Made by a program: the position numbers and the translations under genes. From Prorocentrum cordatum (lineage: Eukaryota), in assembly GCA_963575745.1 (NCBI GenBank), contig CAUYUJ010000148.1, forward strand, positions 310,001 to 374,000: a DNA stretch of 64,000 nt. Direction: 5' to 3'. Below the pieces are notes generated by a model, which was not told where the DNA came from, ran no database searches, and saw only the letters and a list, made by a program, of their open reading frames with translations. Of the stretch, positions 50,270-62,900 are shown in pieces. Position 1 is the stretch's first letter. Each line of letters begins with the position of its first letter.

Positions 50270-52450
50270 TGGAGGCAGGGGTGGAGGCCTCGGGAAATGC
50301 GTTCAAGGTTCTCCTTGCCCTCACAAGGCTTGCACAGACACCTGCAATCAGTCGAGGCCGCCTTACCGCAGAAGGAGCAGAAAAACATACAGCAATGTCT
50401 GGCCAAAACTGCAAACAATGCGAGACGTGCACCTCCACGCCGCCCACAGAAATCGGTCCCTGGACCGCCGAAACACCCCTCGGGAAAACAAGAACTCCCC
50501 CCAGGTTCGGGGGAGGAGGGGGGACACAAACATTGTCAGCGGCATCCATGACCTGGGCGGAGGGAGCGAGGTCGCGGCAGCATGTACAGAGCCAGCGCCC
50601 CTGGGCCTTCACCCGGGAATCCTGGCTGCGACTCAGTGCAGTCTGGAGACGAGACTGGGTCGGCGGGCGGGTGCGCTCGACACGATATAAAATCCAACGG
50701 TCTGCGGAAACGTATTCGTGAGCGCCCGGCAAGCCCGACGCCTCACCAGGGCCGCGGTAGCATCCCATTCGTCGGACCGAGGGTCACAACCGACGATGCA
50801 TCGGGACGCCCGGCCGGCCGCGCGACCAGCCGCCTTATCAGCACACACGCTGCCCAATGCCACGTGCAGGAAACCCCCGCGCTCAACGCACTCAACATCA
50901 TCATACACCTGGTTCGGAATCCAGACAAGTTCGATATCATCTGGGACCGACCCTCGAGCTGACAGGGCGGCCCTCACATGCACCCACATATCTCCGATAC
51001 TTCCGAAGCACAACCCAAAAAACTGGCACGCCAACCACCAAGCAACGAACGACAACCAGTGTGGAAGCGTATTTTCCCAGTCGACCGCTCGAGGCACAGC
51101 GCAGGGGCGAGCAACTCTGCCCTGGGAACAGTCTACCTGGGCTTGCCCAGGCTGCCGATGTTGATGGCGGCTGGCGTCCACGATCCCCCGTCAGGCAGCA
51201 GAGCGACTGCAGCAGCTCCGACACGGCGCCGTCGAGGGCCATCTGCACGTGGGCCGCCAGGTCCGTCGCCGAACACGTGCAGTACATGGCCGCGCTCGGA
51301 CCTGCACTCGTCGATGGGGCCCCCCGTAGGCCTCGATCCAGTCGGCCCGACACTCGTCGAAGATTGGTGTCGCCAGCTCGGATTGGCACATAAGCGCTGC
51401 TTGCACACCTCCCCCAAGTCGTAGCCAGCCTTTTGCTGGCGCTCGGGGGTCCACTGGCCACCACTGACCACGACAACGGTCTGCACCCAAATGTCGAGGT
51501 CGCCCTTGGCCATGTAGCGCTGGAGCTCCCGCTGCGCGCGCATCATGTCGGCGCCCCGTTGACCAGGCTGTCGCCAGCAAGATCTAATATGCAGGGCTGC
51601 ACCCTGCCACATGCGACGACGAAGGTCGCCGACCATGTCCTGGAGCAGCTCGGAGGCGTCGGCGACACACCCGTCGTCGTCGGGCCCAGGGGAGAACCAC
51701 TCGTCCACCGAGTCGAGCCCCGCGGGTCGCACCCGCTGCTGGGGTGACCCAGGGCGCCAGCCGGTGTTCAGCAGCACAGCTATAACGGCAGCGGCCTGGC
51801 CCCCGGACGCGACGCCACCGACGAGGCCCAGCTCGAGTGAGGGCGCCAGCAGTGGAGGCCACGCGCTTCGGACGCGCGCGTGGACGTCGGGCCGAGTCCG
51901 CCACAGCTCTAGCCATTGGCTAACCACCTGGCGCCTGAGCTCCAACTCCGGGTCGCGCGGCCCGCGGGGGGCGGCCGGCGTCGACGTCAAGCAGCGGCCA
52001 GGGTCCTTGCCGACGGCGGCCGCAGCGGCAGCGCGGCGCGACTCCAGCAGCGACGACGGCGCCAGGCCAGAAGCATGGCGGCCGTAGGTCGCCTGCGGCT
52101 GCTCGCCCGTCGCCCAGAACATCTCGGTGATCTTCGCCACGCGGACCTCCTTCCGCATCCGCAAGATCCTGGCGAGGCGCCCCCTAGCAGCATGCACGCG
52201 GCCCACGGCCCGCTGCTTGCATCGCCGCCGACCGCGCGCACGGTCCACGCCCAGGTCCACCGCCTGCGGGGCAAAAGTCGTCGGAACGCCAAGCCGTCCA
52301 AGCCCAGCGGCCAGGGGCCGCCCCAAGGCGAGGTCGGAGCACACCAGGACAGACTTGCTAGCTGGAGAACACGAGGCCGACCTGGTCGAGACCCTCCTCG
52401 AGCTCGACCGCCGACTCGCAGATGTCCGGCTCGGCGATTTTGCGGGGCCC
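50270..52450 (-). mobile_element. decayed non-LTR (LINE) 3' portion: post-RT region, RNase H-like domain, Cys-rich tail
   Basis: DLGVD, GGQWT..R...GY...C, VFGDG.GG...PR.RRVG (RNase H start-like), LVWIP...G..CADKAA (RNase H end-like) and FCSFCG...L...C.G...L.R...GLHP; frameshifted. Confidence 0.7.
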
Positions 52451-53705
52451 GACAGCCCCGAGCACGGGGTCAGCGACTGTTAAGGCCCAGTAAAACGACC
52501 GGCGTGCTGACCCCCACCCCTTCGCGACAGGAGGTGCGTCGCGCATTCGTCGCCCGTGCGTCGGCCGCCGAAAAGGCCAGCCGTCCTCTCGAACGCGCAC
52601 GTCGCCCTCGCAAGGGGGCACTTTGGTGAGTGCGTCGCCAGCGCGGCGGACACCCACGGGGCGGATCGCGCGCGCGTCGCCCTCTCCACGGCCGCTGAAA
52701 AGGCCGGTCGCCTTCGGGAAAAAGAAAGTCGCCCAAGCTGCGGCCCTCTTGGCGAGAAGAAGGCGGCCGCTGGGCTACCTCGGCAGACCAGCAGACCCCT
52801 CTAACATTACAAATGCAGCGACGCTGCTGAACGCACCCCGGCGATAGGCCAGCAGGTCCCCGCAGCCGCCGCCGCAGCCGCCGCAACCGCCGCCAGCGCC
52901 AAAACTACTGCCGCCACGATCATCACAAACGGATGCGACCGCAACCACATCCACCGCGACGGTTACGACCAACACCATTTACGGCCATCACCACCACCAC
53001 GACCGCCGCGCTTCTCGCGACCGCCACAACGATCGACACCAGCACGATCACCGACGTGACCACCACCAGCCCGCCCACCACCAGCTGCACGACCGCCGCC
53101 AGCGCGACCAAGGCGACGAACGCGACCACGACCATGATCACCAACATGACCATTACAGAAGCACCCGCCCACTCCGCCCTCCCCCCCCTCCCCCATTCCC
53201 CTGCCAGGCCGCCCTTGCCGCCGCGCCCGCCTCGCGCCCCCGCCCCGCCCACCCCGCCCCCCCCCCTCCTTTTCTCATCGCAATCTTCCTCTTCCACCGC
53301 CAGCGGCGGGGCCGTTCGCGGAAGGCGGGGGCGCCGCTCGCAGCGACGCGCCGCGGCCGTGGAAGGGGGGCCGAAGGGGAAAAAGAAAATGAAGAGGGGC
53401 ACGGGGTGGCAAGGGAACAGAAAAACAAAGACGAGAGAGGAGGGGGGAGGGACAGACAGAGGGAGTCCGGTGGAAAGGAGGAGGGGAAGGGGAGGAGAGA
53501 GGGAGACGTGGCAGGAGAGAGGACGAAGGAGGAGGAATGACAAAAGAGGAGGGACGACGAGGAAGGAAAAGGGAAATAACAGGGGCAAGCGCCGCCCTTC
53601 CTGGCGCAATGGAGGACGCAGCCGCCGCCACTTGTGAACAGCGCAAGCACGGCGGGCCGACGGCCGTTGCGCATTGCTGCTCGGAGAAATGCTGGGGGCG
53701 GGCAA

Positions 53706-53925
53706 AGTCGCGACTGCGTCGCGCGTGCGTCGCGCGTGCGTCGCGCGCGTGGCGCGTGCGTCGCGCGTGCGTCGAAAGGTTGGTCGATCGTGCGTCGCGC
53801 GCTGGCAAGGGTGCGTCGCGCGCGGGTCGGGGTGCGTCGCGCGCGCATCGCGCGCGCGTCGCGCGTGCGTCGCGCGGGCGTCGCTCGGGTCGTTCGCGCG
53901 TCGCGCGCAGGTCGCGCGCGAATCG
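53706..53925. repeat. (GCGTCGCGCGT)n CpG-rich tandem repeat
   Basis: Direct observation. Confidence 0.85.
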
Positions 53926-55560
53926 CTCGAAGGGCGCCGCCGGCCCCTGACGGAGCGTGAACTGCACGGCCCGCCGGCGAAACAATCAAGGGACGCGCGC
54001 GGCAATCGTAGAAATAACGAGACACGCACGTGAGAACTACGAACGCGAGGAGACCAGTAGACGACGTGGAAATGCAACGCGCACGGACTAATCCATTTCT
54101 GGCGCACGCCACGTCATATGTTGAACATCGGTCCGTCGCTGCAGCAATTTGGCGACGTCTCGCCCGCCGATGCATTGGGGGGGAAAAAGAGGATGGAAGC
54201 GAGGCGAGGGAAGGGCGGGCGGAAATGGGAACGGACGGGCGAGGAGGGGGCGCGCGGGGGCGGCGCGGCGGCGGCGGGAGCGATGGAAGGCGTTCGAAGG
54301 GGGGCGGCGGGAGCGAGGAGGGCGAGAAGGAGTTCCAGGAGGGTGGAAGGACAACTGGGGGCGAGTAGGGAGGCGGACAGGACGGCAGCCTGACACAAAA
54401 TAACTGAATCCAAATTTCGCAAACGGGACAAAACGCGAAGCGCGTTGGGCGAGGGGAAGAGGAAGGAAGAGGGGGGGGGCAGGAGGATTGGCGCGAAACG
54501 ACATGGGGGTGCGGGGCGCGACGCGACGGGGCGAAGTGGCGCCGCGTCGCGCGACGCGGCGTCACCCCCACCGTGGCGCGACACGCACAGCCCCCAATTA
54601 ACGCGAGGCGTCTTCGTCCTCAGCAACAGTTGGCGCACCCGAAAATGAGCACCAGCAAATAGTGCGCCGCGACCGCCAAAATGGCTGCTGGTGCACCGGC
54701 GTCGGAAACCTACATATCGCCAGAGAAATTCCGAAGTCGCGCCATATGTCGCCCACGCACCCTGGGAGGCTGGGATTCGGGACAGAGACGCAAACCAGGG
54801 CCGGCGCACGGGCGGCGCTCGGGCGACGCACTGAACGAAACTTAAGGGGGGGGGGTCGCTTCACTGGGCCTTAACATCATCGGCGAACGTCCAACGCTGG
54901 GCCCGCTCACAGGCACGGCGCGCCCGAGCGACCACGGGCCCGATGAGCACCTTGACCAGCTTGCCGCCGTGGCAAGACCCAGCCACCGCGGACCAGGAGG
55001 GAGAGAAGGAAGAGGATCGGGATCGGGATCGGGCCCGTGGGAGTTCGTTTGCTACCTCGAAGCACCTGCAGGCGACAGCCTACCTATGCAACAACAGGGG
55101 GAACTCTGGGGGGCGAATCGGGAACTCGCCAAACCGTCTGATGCGGCCCGTGGCTCACGACGGACGCCGCACCGCCCCCACGAGCACCCCCAGGACGGCG
55201 CGCAGCCTACAGGGGGCCCGTTAGTGGGGACCAAAGAGATTATGAACTACCGACGACCCTTGCCCTTCCTGCCCTTTCCCGAGCGCTTCGCCCTAGAAGG
55301 CCTCCCCTCTCTATGAATAGCCGGGGTATTGGACACTCATGAGCCATAGGCAGTGGGTAGGGGCGGGGGCCGAGGGCTCAAAACTTCCGAAGAAACTGCA
55401 CCCCTATGAATTAGTTCCGCCAGCCTTGCGCTGCCCCGCATCAGGTCCAAGTTAATGACACCGCGTGGGTCCAGACCTGGAGGTGGGGCGAAAGACTGTA
55501 AAGGCTGACTGCTGCTGCTACTACTGTTTCCTCCTAGGACAGCTCCGCTTCTCGTTCTGC

Positions 55561-56286
55561 TCACTGCATCCCGCCCAACTCCGCAAGGAGGCGCGATGCG
55601 TCCCTCTCGAGGGGGCCCCTCGGCGCGGGGCCGATTTTCCGCTCGGCTCCCAGGGTGGACAGGATGTTCTCGATGATCGTGGTGATGGCGGGGCCGTGGG
55701 TGTGGGAGTGGTCGATCGCGTAGATCAGCCTGCCACGCGAGTTCTCGTCCGTCTTGGCTTTGTCCTTCTTCCACTGCCAGTGAAGCACCAGCTCTCCCAC
55801 TTGCTGTACCATCATCGTCGCCAACTTCTCTGTCCAGATCTCCTTCAACGGCTGCATCCACTTCTCCTGCTGCACTCCCTCTTTGCCGTGCAGCGTAATC
55901 CCCCAATGCATCACTGTCAGGAACACCGTCACGAAAGGTGGTCCGCGTGACTTGAGGTCCACGTGTTCTCCATATGTTTGCATTTTTCTTAGTTCCTGCG
56001 AGCGCTCGTTGTAGTCCTGCCCTGCCGTCCCGTTCATCGCCGCGAAGTCGCTGTCTGCGCTGACGTCGTACGTGCGGTAGACCGTACTGCTCAGCTCCGC
56101 CAACGCGCGGCTGTCGGTCAGGACGAGCTTAGCGATTACCACCACCAGGTTGTGAAGAGCGTTGCCTCCTTTTGTTGCTGCCTTGGCCTCGTCGCGCACG
56201 GTGCGCCTGTGCTTGGCCGCGGGGGCCAATGACTGGTCCGCCACCCACATCGGCTTCGGGAGCGATCCCTCCGCCTGCGACCCCAT
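55561..56286 (-). CDS. intronless hypothetical protein, about 241 aa
   Basis: ATG at 56286 to TGA. Complex, globular/helical-looking sequence (AKLVL..SR, GPPF, GPAPRGPLER), unlike the surrounding low-complexity ORFs. Confidence 0.7.
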   Translation of the reverse strand: MGSQAEGSLPKPMWVADQSLAPAAKHRRTVRDEAKAATKGGNALHNLVVVIAKLVLTDSRALAELSSTVYRTYDVSADSDFAAMNGTAGQDYNERSQELRKMQTYGEHVDLKSRGPPFVTVFLTVMHWGITLHGKEGVQQEKWMQPLKEIWTEKLATMMVQQVGELVLHWQWKKDKAKTDENSRGRLIYAIDHSHTHGPAITTIIENILSTLGAERKIGPAPRGPLERDASRLLAELGGMQ

Positions 56287-59019
56287 GCGAAGCTGCCGCA
56301 CGAAAGTCTGATTCACGTCGATATGAACTCAAAGATGGATGCACCTCAATCGGCAGGTGGCTAGAACCCAGATGGCTACAAAGATCAACAACATCACTTG
56401 CATAGTAACCACAGACCCCACATTCCAAGGTACTTGGTGGAATGAATTCCAGGAACGTTGAAGAACCACGAGTCGGGCATTTTCCACTCAAGAGGGCCCT
56501 CAGAAGGAGGAGGAGGAGGAGGAGGCGGAGGACGAGCAAGAAGAGGGGGGAGACGGATGGGGGAGGAAGGCGCAGGCCGGCGGCGATCCCGGGGGGAAGT
56601 GAGAAGGATAAGGCCGTCTCAGAAGGCTCGGACGTCCCCCTGCCCCGAAGACACAGGACACTTCCCAGAAGGCGCGAGGGCTTCTGAGAAGTCCTGCCAC
56701 CTTCTGAGAAGGCCTTCTCCTTCTCATTTCCCCCCCTAGCTCGCCGCCGAGCACGAGAGAGAGAGATGAGAGGAGAGGAGAAGATGGAGCGCACCCAGCG
56801 AAGAGGAAGAGGAGGGAGAGGAGGAGGCGGAGGAGAGGGGGACGACGGAAGAGGAGGAGGAGAGGAAGGCGCAGGAGGGAGAAGAGAGGGGCGGAGAAAA
56901 GAGGAGAAGAGGAGGGCGAGGAGTGGGAGGAGGAGGAGCGGGAGGACGATGAGGGAGGATGGAAGGGAACCCTGCGGCTCGATCTCCCCCCGAGGAGACG
57001 CCGCGGGCAGGACGGCGCCCTGCACCCCGCGCGGTCCTCCGGCCTCTGCCTGCGGCGCTCCTGGGGCGGGCGGGCAGGCGCCACTCGTCGGCCGCGCGAT
57101 CCAGAGCCGCGTGCGCACGGGCTGACATGAAGAAGCCTCGGCGACACGCCGCAGGGAATCCATCAGCAAACGGCGGGTTCGTATCGTGTCGATCCCGGCG
57201 TTGGTTTCTGACACCGCGGGGATCGTTCAACCTTGAACGATCGGCCGCTTCCGAAACGTAAGATCGTTTAGCATCGACCGACTGTGGGTCGCCGGGGAAT
57301 CCATCAGTGTATCACTGCACCGACCTTGCAGACGTGCTGCAGCGGATTTTTGACTGGATTTCTGTCAATGCAAGACCCCGGAACGGCGAGCGAAAAACGA
57401 AAGGAATTTCACGTGGATGTTTTGTAGTCTGCACTCCTGGCCAAACAAAATCCGCGCGAAATTCACTTCGAAATCCGAAACGAAATTCTCCAGGACAATC
57501 CAGGCCCATTCCATCGTTTTTCTAACTAAATCCGCTTTGCGATGTGGGCGCCATGAAGCGTACGACCGTCGAAGAAACACCGAGCCTTCGGACGGAGGCG
57601 TAACTCGGGCGCGGCCTAACCGACCCCTTACCGTGGCGAGCACCGTCCGTGACGTCATCCTCGCCTTCCAAGCTGCCCTCCAGCCACATACGTACGTCTT
57701 GTGGTGAGGCGAAAGGTTTCCTAGGGGTCGGGTCGGTTAGGGCGCCCCTGAGTAACACGCTGACGGAGTCACAACGGCGGCGTGTCATTGATACTCATTC
57801 TCTCTCTCCCGAGTCCACCCCATCCCCCAAAGGAGGAGGAGGAGGAGGAGGAAGAGGCCAAGTACTCAAACGCATCGCGGAGACTGTTCGCCGCTGTCGA
57901 CCCTTTCCGTTCTGCCCCCGTCAGACCTTTCCTCTCATCCACCCCACACTCAAACTTATTGAGAGGAGGAATGTGACAGGGCACGGAGATGAACATGCTA
58001 TGGATATGGGTGCAGGTTGTCGGACCCGGAGGGGGGCTCCCGTTCGAGCGAAGACCCTCATCTGACAACAAACACCCACAACCCCCACAGAATTCAAATC
58101 CCGAGAAAATGGAGGGGTCGCATAGCCCCAGGCTGGCCCAGAAAGGGATCTGGAGAGAACTCAAGGTGGCCTTAGATACAAGACGACACCACGACTGCCC
58201 CAAAAGACCTCCCAGACGGCTAAGAGGCCCCAAGCCTGCCTGAGCAAAGGATTGAGCTAACGGCTGCTCCCGCCCAAGAAAGGATCCATGTCAGCCCCCA
58301 GATAACTGTTCTCGGGCTCGGATCTGTTCAGGGCTGCTGCCCCCCCAACACACAAAAAGAAAGGAGGGAGAACGGAGAAGGGCACAGCAGCGTACAGATC
58401 AAGTCACTGCAAGCCTGGTCGAGAGACCTTCGACGGCCCCGCGCTCCGCAAGCGGACCTGGAAAGTGTGGCACACCAGACACTGGGCACAATACGGCACA
58501 TACAAACATACCAAACACATTTGCGTGTGAGTGAAGGGGCGATGGCTGAAAAAGCTGGCAGGGGGCCAAGCCAGCCCGACACAGGCAAAGTCGGGTCGCC
58601 ATAGCTGGAACTCGGCCCAGCGAAGGACCCGACCATGTGCAGCTGCGCGAGTGCTGCAACACAGGTTGCAATTACGGGGAGGAATTGGCACAAATGCCAA
58701 AGTGGAACTAGCGACACGGAATGAAAGACCGACGTTGATTCGGGGATGGACAGACCCCCCTTTAGCAAAACGTGGTTTAGTGAAAACGACCTGAGGCCCA
58801 AACCTGGCGGGCGCAAGCCTGTAAAATAACGGCCACGGCACCCTCTCGAGAACCGAAAACGGACAATTCACTAATCGACGTGTCACTGTTGGGGGTTCTG
58901 TCCACCCCCGATTGATGGTGGGGTCGCAGAAGTCGGCCGTAACACATTACCTCTGGATGCAACCCGTCACGGCTGATCTGCGCGTCTCTCGGCACGGCCC
59001 TGGGGGGCAGCAGGCGGCG

Positions 59020-59957
59020 GAGCCCTCAGTGGAGCACCCTATGAGGCCATGGAACATGTGAGGGGCGCGCCAAAGTGGGGGCGTGCACCGCCTGTGGACC
59101 CTGCCGCTGAGGCCTTCGGTGCATCTCCCGATAGAACCACGGCACGTCTGAGGCGTGTGCCGGCACGGAGGCGAGTACCGCATGCTAGCCCCAACATTGG
59201 GACCTTCGGTGGAGCTCCCTATGGGGCCACGGAACGTGTGGCGCAAATGCTCGCCGGGTACCGCATGTGAACCCTGCCATTGAGGCCTTCGGTGGAGCTT
59301 CCCATGGGGCCACGGAACGTGTGAGGGATTTGTGTGTGTGTGCCCAAAATGGGGGCGTGCACCGCATGCGGTCCCTGTCACTGGTGCCTTCGGTGAAACT
59401 CCTTATGGGGCAGCGAAACGTGTGAGGAGCGTGCCGACGTGGGGGCGTGCACCAACCGCGGACCCTGCCGCTGGGGCCTTCTGCGGAACTCCGTATGGGG
59501 CCACAGGACGAGTGAGGAGTGTGCCGAATTGGAGGCGGGTACCGCATGTGAGCCCTGTCACTGGGGCCTTCTGTGGAGCCTCCTATGGGGCCACGGAACG
59601 TACGAAGCGTGTGCCGAAATGGAGGCGGGCACCGCATGCGAGCCTTGCGACTGGGGCCTTCGGTGGAGCTCGGAAATCATGGGGTCACGAAACGTGTGAG
59701 GGGTGTGCCAAATGGAGGCGGGTACCGCATGAGAACCCTGCCACTGGGGCCTTGGGTGAAGCTCCCTATGGAACCACGAAGCGTGTGAGAGGTGTGCCGC
59801 AATGGACGTGCAGGGGGAGGAGGAGGAGGAGGAGGAGGAGGAGGAGGAGGAGGAGGAGGAGGAGGAGGAGGAGGAGGGGAGGAGAGGAGGGAGGAGTGAG
59901 CGCGGGGCGCCGTGGATTCCAAACGAGGACCCAGCACCACAGGACGGTTGGGAAAAA
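59020..59957 (+). repeat. about 90-bp minisatellite (8-9 units) plus (GGA)n plus conserved tail
   Basis: CCTTCGGTG recurs at about 59113, 59203, 59286, 59387, 59477, 59567, 59657 and 59749. Confidence 0.9.
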
Positions 59958-62900
59958 CGGGGGAGGGGAAGCGGGCCAGGGCGGGCGAGAATGGCCGTGA
60001 GCTGGGCCGCCTGCTGGCCCGCCTCGAGGCCAACGTGAGGCGTGCGGCGGCACAGCCAGCGTCTGAAGCCAAAGGCCCTCCCGCCCGCCGTCCCCCTCCT
60101 GGGCAGCCACTTCCCGGCCAGCGGCCGCAGGAGAGGCAGACGGCGGTCGAGCGGCGGCGGGGCGCGCCGGGGCAGAGCGGGGCACGATGGGGCGGAAGGC
60201 GCGAAGAGGCGCGGGGGGGCCCGAGGGGCCCGGGGGGCGGAAGGCGCCACACTCGGGCCATGGGAAGCTTCGCGGGCGTGCTGGGCCACCGCACGTGAGC
60301 CCCAAAGTAACCCCTGCAGGCCAGGCTCCCCAGCCGAAGGAGGTCTGCAGGCCAAGGCGAAACCTGGCGGCGGGGTCCCCTACGCCAGCGCCGATGGGGT
60401 CCGCAGGGGCAGGTTCGCACATGGTCGCAGCTGATCCCCACGCCCACCTTCGGGGTCCTCCTCCTCCTCCTCCTCCTCCTCCTCCTCCTCCTCCTCCTGC
60501 CAGTGTCCCCCGCACCTGCTCCCAGGGAGGCGGGTCCTGGGCCCCGCGGAGACTCCAGGGACCCACTTCCCTCCAGGACCCCTCTGCCTCACTGGCAAGC
60601 GAAGGGCCCCCCAGAGCTGGGGAGGTGGAGGCCTCCAAAATGAGTCCGAGTAGGTGGGGTAGGATGATCACGCCGCAACTGTGCCGTCGGCGTTGAGAAA
60701 ATTTGGCTCCGTATCGAGCCGCATCGCCGATGCATCGGCGATGCGGAGAGATCCCCCCAACACGACTTGCTAATTAGGACCCCGCTAGTCGGCGCTTCAA
60801 GGATGGATGGGGTCCTGCAAGCCCAGGCACTGAGGACGAGTCACCTCAAACATTGGATGTTCAGCTCGGGATCCCACTCCTATGCTGAGGGCCCCATCCC
60901 TCAGGGCCCCCTCCTGGCGGTGCGCCGAGGGGAACGAGAGGCCTTCTAAAGGAGGCGGAGCTCCTCAGAAGCCCTCCAGCTTTCTTAGAAGCCACCCAAT
61001 TCGGCGGTGGACAAACCTCCCTTTTAGTAAACCACCCTTGAATGAAACGGCCTAGGACCGAAACCGACGGACCTGGACCCGCAAAAATGACGGCCGCGAC
61101 GCCCTCTCGCGAACCGAAAACGGCCAATTCGCCACTCGACGTGTCAGGGTAGGAGGGTTCTCAACCTCCGACAGCTTTCTAAGAAACCACCCAATGTCAT
61201 CGGAGAAAGCTTGGAGAGCTTCTCAGAAGGCCGGACGCCTCTTGAGCCTTCTGAGAGGGCATGCCCCTCTCTGCCTGCCACCCCTGGGCACGCCGCCGAC
61301 CATCCCTGAGTCGCCGAATCTAAGAGGCCCGGAAGACCCAGATCTCCGATTTTCGCGCAAAGTGGACCCCTGAATTTATGTTGCTCCCGTCGTACTTAGG
61401 ACCACATCCCCGAAATATGACTTCGAGCGCCCGGAAAAGTGTCGAAACAGTGTCGAAACAGTGTCGGACGAGTGCAGGGCCCGAGGCGTGAAAACCATCG
61501 AGTCTCGGCACTTTTTTGGTGCTCGAAATTCCTTCTCGTGATCAAGGCTACACTCGGTCGGAACGTCGTAATCCTGGATGTCTGGACCTCTTCGCCGGGA
61601 CCGGTGTCTCATCCCGGGTCGGTTTTTTGGCGTCCCGGGGCTCGGTGAGGGCCGCCACAAGCCGACAACGACCTTACAACCTTGTGCTTCACAACGACAG
61701 GAAGTGTGCGTGGGGGGGCTGGACGGGGGGGTGGAGGGGGGGGTGGAGGGCGGGGGGGGGCAGCAAAAAGGCACTAGAACACCTGCTCCCCAAACCTCTG
61801 CTGGTGCGCATTCTCCCCACCCCCACACCTGGTAACATCACGGCTCTCGCCGACGCGGTTTGGGAATGGCTAGGGGTAGGTAATCCCCAGACGGCGCCGT
61901 CGCGACTCGTGACGCTCCTGGCCCCCTCGCCACACCCCCTCCCCCTCTCCATCAACGCCCGCTCTCGCCCCAGTGTCGCAAAACACTCTCTTGGGAGGCC
62001 GGGGGCAGGGCTCCTCCGGCGGCTCGGGCGGCTCCGGCGTGCTCTCCATCCGCCGCAGCGCGGGTGCGCCCGGGTGGCCGCCGGCATCGGGCGGTCGCGG
62101 CGCAGGTGGGGGGGCGCGGGGGCCCGCGCCGAACGGCTGCCGCGGAGGAGCGGCGGCGACCTTGCTGGGGGAGGGGCGGCGGGCGCCTCCCCAGACCGAA
62201 GACGAAGCCAGGACGCAGGCAGTATCGGACGAGGACGAGTCGGGGATCTCTGAGATCCGGCGGCTCTGGGGGATGCATCGGGGGCCGCGGCCAGCTCGGA
62301 GCGCTTCAGGGCGCTCTAAGAGCGTTCCGGAACGCTCTGGAACAGACGTATCCTTGTGCGCCCAGGGACACCCTCGCGTCGTGAACAAAACACGACGGGA
62401 GGCTTTCCGCCGTTTTCGGCCTCCTGGGGCCCTCGCCGGACCCCTGCAGGACCCGAGACTTGGGCGCGAATTCGGATTGATGGGGGCCGATACCCGGGGG
62501 GGGAGAACGGTGCCCTTTTCGGACCTGAAAGGCTCCCTCTGGGGCCCTAAAGGGCCCCATGAGAGGCCCGGAAGGGCCCTTCCTCTGCAGCCCTCGCTGC
62601 CCCAACATTGATCCCCTCCATTCCGCGGGGTCCAGGGACCGTCGAAACGCCGGAACCCGGGACGTGGTCCCCGTCAGGAACAAGTCATGACGTCGGGGGC
62701 GGGGCATCGGTCCGATGGGGGGGGGGGCGGGGTCGGGAACAGGCTCGCGCCGCCGAGGGGCGTTCGAGGAGGGGGAGGGGGAGGGGGGGGGGTTGGGGAG
62801 AGGGGGAGTCGTCGAGGGGGGGAGGCGGCTCGCGTGGTGGATCCTCCTCCCCTGCCTCCTCCTGCGAGGGGCGTCCGAGGGTCGGGGAGGTGGGGGAGGG

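Noticed and set aside
55330..55500. Hammerhead ribozyme near the putative Penelope-like ends (also 31860-32050)
   Set aside because: No intact CUGAnGA...GAAA core with flanking helices was found by eye.
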